DNA of 64,000 nt, from NCBI GenBank assembly GCA_001724265.1, contig MEDY01000068.1:1-64000 (forward strand). Direction: 5' to 3'. The stretch comes from Rhizaria sp. SCN 62-66 (lineage: Eukaryota). The notes beneath the pieces are model-generated. The model was not told where the DNA came from. It saw only the letters and a list, made by a program, of their open reading frames with translations, and made no database searches. Positions within the stretch are counted from its first letter, which is position 1. Every line of letters begins with the position of its first letter. Below, one piece after another: positions 38,309 through 48,200 of this stretch. The position numbers and the translations under genes are program-made.

Positions 38309-38904
38309 GGCGGTGTTGCGCTGTTGTTCCGTCGTCGGCTTCGTGCGCGGCGCGTTCTCGTTCACGCGGGAGTGAGAGCGAGACGAGCGGGGGGCGAGGG
38401 AGAGCAGAGGCTCTGGCGCTGCTGAGAGAGAGGCTGCAAGAGCCAGGACGCGCTGAAAACCCTGGACAGCAGGTCAGGGGGCAGTCCCAAGCAAAAAGAG
38501 AGCCTGAAAACGGGGCTTAGGTCTCGCAGTTAAGAGAAACGCACGCTACGTGCGGCATAAAAGGAGCGGAAAAGGGGGCAAGAGCAGAGTCGTTTAAGAA
38601 GGTGGGGTGACACAGAAAGTCAGCTAAAGCGGTGCATAACGACACCCGTTTCAAACAGGAGCGCACAAAAAGACGAATGATACCCTCAAAAATGGTATAC
38701 TATTATTAACTCGCCCTGTAGTCGACCGCAAAGTTGCCAAGTGAGCCGGCAAAAGCGTCCTGGCAGGTTTGGTTTCTCCCTCTCTCAGTCAGACTGTGAG
38801 CCGGCTTAACTTTCGATCCACCACAAATCGTTTTTGGATTGCTTTGAAGCTAGAGTGAGTGCTCAGGAAAGATCTGCTTTGCGTGCCAACGGCCGTTGAT
38901 TCAA

Positions 38905-39577
38905 ATGGCGACAAAAGAAACGCTTGCTTCTCGCCGCGAGAAGCTTGAGGAAGATTTAAAGCAGACTCAACGTCACATCTATGATGGCGAGGAGGCCTAC
39001 ATTGGTACGCTCTCTCCCAGTGATAATTCCATGACAAAGCACAGTCTCATTCGTTATCCTCCTCTTTATTAGAAACAAAGCGGTATACCCCAATTTCTAT
39101 CGCATAACAATCGCTTGGTATCATTTTCAAGGATGTTTGTTTGGCTTCGCACACAACTCACTTCCCATTCGCGCCTTGCGACTCGCTTTCGCGTTCGCTT
39201 AACTTGCCTCTGTACTGATCTCTTCTTGCACAGCTGAGACGAGCCACTACGGCAACGTCGTCAAGGGCTGGGACACCTACCTGGCCACGACCGACATCAA
39301 GGCCCCCCACAGCTCTCGCAAGCCCAAAGTGAACGACAAGGACCGCGTTTTCACGCTCTCTTCCCCTTCCTACGTCACTGAGGACGACGGTCTCGACGAC
39401 GACGACGACCTCGGCGGCGGCGGCAACGTCGGTGGCAGCCACCACCACGGGTACCTTGACTCGTCCTCGGCAACTGATAAGCACCGCAAGAAGACCACCG
39501 GTGGTGGTGGCGGCAGCGGCGCTGCTGGCGCGGGCAACGCTGGACGGCGGTACAGGGATGACGATCTCTACGATTGA
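38905..39577 (+). CDS. EAF6: NuA4/MYST histone acetyltransferase subunit Eaf6 (MEAF6), 2 exons, ~147 aa
   Basis: Exons 38905-39004 and 39234-39577. RREKLEEDLKQTQRHIYDGEEAYIAETSHYGNVVKGWDTYL...DRVFTLSS matches the Eaf6 signature (IY..E..YL.ET..GNI..GWD.Y...RLFS.SS). Confidence 0.9.
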
Positions 39578-40234
39578 GAGTCCGTTCATATCAACGCTAT
39601 CCGCGTCGGAACGAGCATTTTTGTGCCATTGTGGACTTCTTTTGCACGCTGGCGACTCATATTTCGACATATTGATGTTTTCTGTTTAAGTGTTAAGCAC
39701 AGTTTCTATGTGTTAAGAGGTTACAGCGTTGTCTTGAGAGTGATGCAGCAGCAGCTTGAACAACGACAACATCAATAACTGCAACACACAGCAGCGACAG
39801 CTGCAGAGACGCTTGCTCATCTCAGTGCTGTTGTCTCAGTGACGCTCTGCGAGCGTGTTGCTAATTTTACCGCTACTTAGAACTTATGTTGTCGTTGCAA
39901 TTCTGTATTTCATATCCGCAGGACTTACGTTGCGCATATTAACGTACAACGAGATACTTCACAATCACATCAATATAAAGGCCCTTATGATACGAGCGTG
40001 TTGAGGTGCGGACATAAGACCTAAGATGAAGAGAGAGAGATATCAATCACAGATGTATTGCGTCACACGCGTTAAAAGCTAAATTCGAGAGTATTCAATT
40101 TAATAAAATTTAATAACTGATATTTTTGAGACAGTAAACAACTATATATCGCAATTTGACATGACTAACATGATCCCGCAGAAATAAAGTAAAGCTGCCT
40201 TGAGAAGCAGGCAAGGAAAATCGAATGAAGCAAC

Positions 40235-41880
40235 TTAGGCCTTTCTAGACGCACCCTTAGCCGCAGCGTTGATCGCAGCCACCCATGCCACCGCCCCTCC
40301 ACTTGCATTCACCTTGCCAGCACTATCAGGCGCAGTTGCAGTTGCAGGCAAGAGCAGAGGCCGTGGCACCGTAACTGCGACCGCGGCGGTCGCTTTGCCG
40401 CCGGCAACAGGGACAACGTACGCAATGGGGGCGTCCAGCACGGAAATATCGAACGAGCGCGCACTCGTCGCAATGCTCAACTTGCCGCTGGCCCCCGCTT
40501 CCTTACTAGGGCCGGCGGCGCTCGTGCTCGCGACGGCGGTGCGTAGCGGAGTCACGAAGCCGGCCACAGTTACAGCCTTCACGCCACCAGGACCACTCGC
40601 CGCATGCGCAGCTGCAGTGCTACTGCTGTTGCTGTTGCTGTTGCCGCTGTTGCTGTTGTTCTTCGCGTTCGTGCTGCTTGTGGAGCTATTGTCTGCGGGA
40701 GCGGCTTCTCCAGGTAAACGGACATATGCGAGCACACTTACACCGGCCTTGGAGCCGTCTAAGGGCTCGCTTACATCGTGTAAGGGCGTGATCAGCGCCA
40801 ATGTCCTGGTTTTACGCGACAAAATCTTGAAAAAGTCCCACCTCGCCGTCTTGCTGATCTTGCCCACAGTCACCAAGTACACGCCATCGACGTCTGAAGG
40901 GGTGCTTGGACTGCTGTGCGACACAGGAGGCCCGCCCTTAATGCTCGTGAGCGCAGTGTTGGACGCAGAAGTGACAGTGAGCACGGTAGAGACGAGCGAC
41001 TTAACTTCCGCCTCAGTCTCGGTCTCTACGCTCGCAGGAGCAGACATTGCAGCAACAGTAGAAGTAGCAGCATTAGATGCGCAGTCCACAGCGTCGTCGC
41101 TGTCGCTAGAGCTTCCACTTACGCTCTTCGTGCTACTGTTGTTGTTTGCGCGGGCGTATGCAGTGGCAGCTGCGGCGGCAACGGCGGCCGCAGCCATCTC
41201 AGCCGTCACAGCAAGAGCAACATGTGACGCGTGTCCGCCGGCGACCGCCGCAGCCAAAGTCGACTGCGTCGCGATTAAAGACGTGTGTGAAGCAGGAGCC
41301 GTGGAGAATGACGCGACATTCATCGGGGTATATGATCCAAAGGCCTCCAACTGAGACCGCGACTGCGGATGAGGCGATTGTGATGACACACTGGAACTGC
41401 TGTCGTTCAAGGTGGCACCCGCGGTGCATGTGACGATCGGCGCAATCGCCGGCTTAGCTTTGCTGTTGCTCGATGAGCTCGACGACGATGCGGCTTGCCT
41501 TTCGCTGCCGTTGTTGTTTTCGGCTGCAGCACTGGAGCTGGAGCTGGAACTCGTGGCGGTTTGACTTTGCTCACCCGCCGCGCCCGCAGCGATCGCGTCG
41601 TCGCTTGCAGCAGTGACGAGCAGAGCATACGCGTCAGCCGGTAAGGGTGTAAGTAGCAGGGGGCCTAAGGGGGTCGCCCAATGGGTGTAAGTACCCAGCG
41701 TCGGGGTACTTACATTGTTGAAGTGACTGTGAGAAGGACGGCGACTAGTCGAGGTCGTGGTGCCTACAGCAGCGACCTCAACATCAGCAGCAGCAGCAGC
41801 AGCAGTCGTCGCCGCAGAAACAGCAGTGATCTCAGTGAACGGCGAATCAGCATTGTTCGTACCAGTACTGCTGTTACTGC

Positions 41881-41934
<54 letters not shown>

Positions 41935-43143
41935 CGCTATTGTTGTTGTCGTTGTGAGAACGAGTGAGAGGACCGAAAAACTCGTGGTTTGCGATGGTCT
42001 CTCCGTCTGTTGCGGCGTTAATACCAAGCCGGTGTGCGGGCTCCTTCTCAAGCAGGCGGCTTAACAAATCCCCCGCTGGGGTCCCGTCCAAGCACCCCGG
42101 TAATGTAAGGGGCCGCGCGGGGTCAAGAATCGCCTGAAACGTCAAATACTCGGAATCCCCGTTAAAGGGCACAATACCCGTGAGTAACTGGTACATCACG
42201 ACACCGAACCCCCACCAGTCCCCGCCGCGGCTTAACTTCTGCCCACGGAGAAGCTCTGGGGAGACGTACTGAGCAGTGCCGACAAAAGAAGAGGCGCGTG
42301 CGTTGCGACGGGCGTCGATTTTCGCATCCTCATCGTCCATCTCAGCCACGGCGACGCTTTCAGGCTGGTTCTTATTGTTGTTGTCGTTGTTGTTGTTGTT
42401 CTAGTTAGACTCAGGGACAGTAGCAGAGGCAGCAGCAGCAGTGACGGGCTGTTTGGGCGCTGTGAGCGTGGCAACGAGGTCGGCCTCGGCTTTTTTGTCC
42501 TCCTCGGTCAAAATCTTCGCAGTGCCGAAGTCAGTGACCACTACGTGCCCGTCTTTGCTGAGGAGGATGTTGGAGGGCTTGATATCACGGTGGGCGACAC
42601 CCTTGCTGTGCATGTAGCAGATTATTTCGCACAGCTCGGCCGCAACGCGGCGCACCGTGTCCAGGGGGAATGTCTTCTCGGGCTAGAGAGAAAGAGAGAG
42701 GCAACGAAAGACAATGGAAGCAGTGTAGAGAGCGCTACATAAAAGTAGGTTGGGAGTGAGACAGAAGGATGGGGATAGAGCACAAGGGGCGATTGTTGCA
42801 GTGACATATAATAAGCGCGTACCTGCAAATAAAGGATGTCGTATAGTTCGCCGCCGTCGGCGAGTTCCATAACGTAGTAGAGAGAGTATGGGTCCTGGAA
42901 CGTATAGTAGAGGCGGGGGATGCCCGGGTGGCCGGCGAGCAGCTGCAGCACGTTCCTCTCATTGATCACGGTTGCGACCTTGTTGTGCTTCTGCACAAAC
43001 GCCTTGTCGACGATCTTCATAGCAAATTTCAACCCTGTGGCCTTTTGAGTCGCCTCGTAGACCTTGGCAAAGGTGCCCTCACCGAGGAACTGGCCAAGCT
43101 CGAAGTCTTCGGGCCGCGCCTTTTTCGCCGGGGTGGACGCCAT
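40235..43143 (-). CDS. PDK1: PDK1 (3-phosphoinositide-dependent kinase, PDPK1/Pkh type) with an in-frame TAG at 42403-42401 and a degenerate C-terminal PH-like region
   Basis: Exons 43143-42823 and 42682-40235. Motifs [66 protein letters not shown] are PDK1-specific. The ORFs ending at 42401 and starting at 42349 share one frame. Confidence 0.88.
41882..41932 (-). repeat. (AAC)17 coding microsatellite (poly-Asn) in PDK1
   Basis: Perfect GTT run on the + strand. Confidence 0.9.
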
Positions 43144-43959
43144 GGTTCTATCGTCAAAGTCGCTGCAACAAAGCTCGCAGGTTTTCTTGCTAAGTTAACT
43201 GTTCTGGTATGAAATTGTAACGGAAGACTCCTTCGTCTTCTGCACCAAACCACACTTTTGATCTAGTCGCTCAGACAGTTTTCTCTTTTGCCGTCCGACC
43301 AGTGGCAAATTTACACTCCCGGTCCCAAGGCAGATTGGGGGGTGGGCTCGTAACATATTATTTCACGATCAAGTATGAAGATGATTATGAAATAGTTATT
43401 CATTTTGTAAGATATATTCATTCCTCAGCTCCGTTTATTGCGAACTATTTTATTTATGTGGTATGAATCATTTTCAGGTCCATATCCATGATTCACCCAA
43501 AAACTAGATCGACAATAATGTCAATAAATATGTCAATGCATTAAACATTAATTCGTTCTTTTAATATTAAGTTTCCTCGAAATTTGAAAACATGAGTTTA
43601 TTTCTTGATTCTGCAAGTATCTGGGCCATAACCAGTTGTCTCGAAGTCAGGTTTCGTAAGTGGCACCAGCCGCCTTTCACGGTTGCATAACGTAATGAAG
43701 ATATATTTCTGAAATGAGGACTTAATTCCAAGAAAAATTTAAAACTCTGCTACAAAAAGTATATTTACATCAAAGCCTACGTGAAATGTTTCTTACACAC
43801 CATGTCTATAGCAGATATATGCCTCTAAAGTTAGGTTGCCAACAACGCGCGCAAAACCTACTTTGCGTTTGGATAGCTAGCGGTTCGGGGATTTTTAGGA
43901 GAGGCTTCAAACGCCTGTATTAAATGAAAATCTCAAGTAAACACAACCGTCACAGTCAC

Positions 43960-44460
43960 AGAGCTCGCGTCTAACGCGGTCAGACGCTCATCCCGCGCGT
44001 GCCCGCGCCGCCGCACGGCGACGCAAGTTCAACCGGTGGCCGATCGCGGATGAGCTGCTCTGGATGATGCAGAACGCACTGACGAATGCGCCGCCCGACA
44101 ATGGCGCCGTGCTCACCGTGGCGCTTATGCTGCGCGGCTCCGGCGTGGTGACCTACCGCGCAGCGGCGCTGGCCGCCGCGGCCACGCTACCCGGGGCGCC
44201 ACCCGACAAAGCTGCGAGGCCGGCTGCTTGTACTCTTGCGCACGATGATTGAGACTGGCGACACGGGTGTGGGCCCCGAGGTGCGGGCGGAGGGCGCGGA
44301 GCCGCGCAACGTCTTCCTGGCCGACTTCGATGCGGCTGGTGGCTGCGACGCGCTGGTAAGGTTGACGCAAAACCAGCGGGTGCTTGTCAGCGCATGGAGC
44401 AAAGCGAGACAACTTCATTGGCTTTTGGCGAAAACTCTGGGCGTCCTCACCAATGCCTAA
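43960..44460 (+). pseudogene. frameshifted fragment resembling the C-terminal ARM repeats of importin-alpha
   Basis: GC-rich island in AT-rich flanks. WPIADELLWMMQNALTNA in one frame, then LLVLLRTMIETG...NVFLADFDAAGGCDALVRL...WSKARQL in another frame after ~44210. No N-terminal part is visible. Confidence 0.4.
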
Positions 44461-45218
44461 GCAACACAGCGTGTGCGGACGACTCTTGCAATTTGATTAG
44501 TATTTCCAGGCGACGACGCAGGAAGGTAACTTACACCTCAAGTTAGTGGGAGAGTGAAGGCCTTTATGAACCGGCCAGCGAATAAAAACAATTTTATCAG
44601 TTTTATTAATCATGTACTCACAGGTTTTCTACACTCGCACCATATACCACAGACAGTCGCAGTGCTACACTGGTTCGGAGTTATGACCTCCGACTTGTCA
44701 CAGAATGGTTCTGAGGGAAAATACTGCCATGAGGATGAATAAATCGATAAGCTTCCTGAATAAACATAATTTAACACGGGAATATGGGCGCACGGTACAA
44801 CACAGTGCACCCGCAGTCACGGGGATCACAATAGTAGTCATACTACAGACTACACACAGGAGGTGGGGCAGGGTATATATACAAATGCAATTCAGCAACT
44901 GCTGATAAGAGTAAAAAGCTCGAATGCGTTCAACACACAAAGAAACACTCAAAACAGTTGACACTCAACATGTTTGAGCAGCAATCGCACGCTCTCCACG
45001 CACACGTTTTAGGCGCCGTGGTACTGAGCAATGAAGTAATGAGGCAATACGAGTAAGAAAATACGAATATACAAACAATGTCCGACAAGCTAAAGCATAT
45101 AAAATATACAAGGTGAATAAGGAATGAAAGCACAATAGTGCGTATTAATGAATAAAATATACAAGGTATGAAATATACAGGTTAAAAGCACAACGACGTG
45201 ACTGCGGAGGAGATTATG

Positions 45219-48200
45219 TTACAGTTCGAGCTCTAAGTCACGACTCTCACTGAATCGGAGCGCTTGCTCTGCTTGCTTCTGTGCATCCACAATAAGTCGT
45301 TGTGCAACGTTTTCTAAGCTTAGCTGCAGTGCAGCTGCGGTTGGCGGCAATAACCCGGTGTTGATGTCACGCCCAGAGTCGATTGCGCTTGCCAATATCG
45401 CGCCACGCTGCGTTGTGTTAATGGTGTCGGTCTGGTTTTGATATGATGCAGAAAACACTTTGCCTGTGTCCACAGTTCCACAAGTGCTTGCGCTTGCGCC
45501 CGAACCTAAACCCAATCCTGGACTGGCGCTGTTTTTGTCACAATCAAATGACTGCAGCCCAACCAGAGCCTGCGGCGCGATGCTTTCGTGCGCATGTTCG
45601 CAGATCAAGGTCAGTGATTTGACCAGGGCGGACGTCGGTTCCGTGCTTTCTGGCTCAGTTTCAAAGACATTCGACTCAGTGCTGCTCGGAGCCATCGGCG
45701 AACGAGGGTACGGATGGAGAGGCATTTGAGTTGACACTTCGGATTGCTTGTTTTTTGGCGTGAACTTATCATCCTCTTGGGGAGCAGTTGTTTTTGCAAC
45801 CAATACATTCAAGCTTGTCGCTTCAGCGCAACGGCGCTCGCGCGCCCTGACAATGCGCCACTCACGGATCACAGCGGCTGTCTCCAGACCCTGGGCGTGC
45901 GCTTCACGCAGAGCATTGCGGAGTGGGACGAGCGCGGCTTCTTGTTTTCGCAGCATGAGGAATGCAACAACAACGGCGACAATGAAGAGAATAACAATCA
46001 CGCAGATCAATACCGTGATAACAGTTTTGGCCGACTCACTTACTGTGTCAACGAAGAGAAAATTGGCGAGGAAGAAAACCATGAACGACATGAAGAGAGA
46101 GAGAAGTTCAATCATCTCCGGTATCTTGTTTTCAAACGGCTTCAATGTGATCTGGAGCAGGATTGAGACAAAGATCAAGAGCGACGCAAGCAATAGCTGC
46201 GTATGGAGCGCACCAGGAAAAAAGACAGCAATAGCGACTAAACCAGCTTTACGTATCATTTCTATAAGAAACCAGTAGTAGCGCGTGGGTTTGTAGCCGC
46301 GATACAGGAACGCCATCTGTGATTCGAAAATCTTCTTCAGGTTGCGTGTGATTGCAGACGCACCCTGGACAGACATCATCACCAAATTTCGGTTTCGATA
46401 GATCGCAAACCACGCAAAAAAGGGGATGCCAAGAACCCAACAGAATAACATTGGCATTGCGAGCGCAATAATAAACATAAGGTGCTGCGACGAGTAACAC
46501 CGTTCAAGCATGTCGCCAAGCACGACATTTGCTGAGGGGTCGTCGGAGCCGCCAACGTTCTTGCAGGAAAGCATAGTAAAGAATTGACGGGCAATATTAG
46601 GGTGAATGAGGAACATCACGACCGTGATCGTAGTAATTACGTAGCCAGAAAACTCAGAAATGATGTTGTTATACTGGGTTTCAGCAATGTCGAGACGAAC
46701 ACGCATCTCTGAAGCAGTCAACTTTGGTGGATCTGCCTTGAGACGCATTTCACGCAACTGCGTAAACAGTATTACACCTTTCATTTCACCGTAGTTGTCC
46801 ACATACCATTGCCGCTGTTGCTCCGCGCGCACGCGCTGCAACTTACGTTCCCGACGTAAGAGGTTTTCACGAAGGAGCTCTGCATTGTAGAGAATGTCAA
46901 ACGGCAGAGACGACAGCAGCCGCATGTTCTCCAAGTCATCAGCGCTCTGAACGACACGCGCAAAGTCCACTGGGAGTTTCGCCTTGCGCGTGGCCTCTTT
47001 ACATTTCTGGGCATCAAACACGGGGGTGTCGCTTACAATAGCGGTGTAGGCGTCAACCTCGCGAGCCACACACTCGAATAATGACTCCCGACTTTGATTC
47101 ATCATTGCGTACGCGTGCTCAAGCGCTGCTTCACTCACACTGACTTCATCAATCAATGTACGGCGCATAAAGAACGCAGTGTCATCACCGACTGCAGCGC
47201 CTGTGAAATCAATTGCACTGGGGGCGGGGGCAGTGACGTTGAGATCTGCAAGATCAATGTCGCAGATTGATGTGTCAGTCGACTTGAGCGGTGGGCGGCG
47301 GTCATCACGTGGACTCTTGCGCGCCATCGGCAACGGACGAGAGATAAAAAGAGGGGACTCAGAGTCATCGTGCAAGTGAGGGGGTACGGCTTCAGCGGCA
47401 GCGGTTGTCTCGTTACAGTCCTGATCGTTTTCGCTTGCGCGGCCGCCACAGACGCTGTCGTCGTCAAAGAAATTGTTGTGCTCGAACACGATGAGAGAAT
47501 CGGGGTCTTCTTCATAACTACTGTCAATTGGCATGTCGTCAGTAATGCTTTGAGACTTGGCAGGTAGCGCGCGCGCTACCGCCACAGGCGCCTGTTCATC
47601 AGCGACTATTGCACGTGGCTTAGTCCGTATTAAGCCATGGGGCAGCATTACCTGCGGCTTAAGACTGGGGAGCTTTGGGGTTGCTGGATCATAACTAAAA
47701 GGATGCCTTGCGTCTGCATCAGATGTGGAGTCACCCGACATCGGTGACACGCGAACACGCGTTGTCTGCGCACGGCGCGGTGAATGAGCCATCGATAATT
47801 GAGTTCGCTTGGGTGTTTCGGTTAAGCCAACATCGATGTGCAATAAACCAAATGCTGGGGGCACTACAAACGAGCTTCCCACAAGCTGAAGACTATCGGA
47901 GCGCAATTGGGTGGGCGGATTGGCCGCATCTACATGACGGGAATCTTGCATCTCCGGACGCACACGCATGGGAGAGACCCTCACGCGGTATCCCTCAGCG
48001 TTGTACGAGATCCGCATGGGGGACTCATCTGCACGACGGATGTTTCGAACCGGTGGGGGGGACGAGTAGAACTGCTGTTGGGAGCCGGGGCTCACACCAA
48101 GCTTCTGCACGGCAGTCGAGTTGGAGTTCGGCGAGGTTGCACACCTGGTCAACCGAGGGAAACGCTGAGTCGTCACATCCACGCGTACGTCGCGTGCCGG

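Noticed and set aside
21076-38365. Treating the many minus-strand ORFs as separate genes or a frameshifted pseudogene
   Set aside because: Every break coincides with an AT-rich GT/GC..AG intron, and the exons join into one frame.
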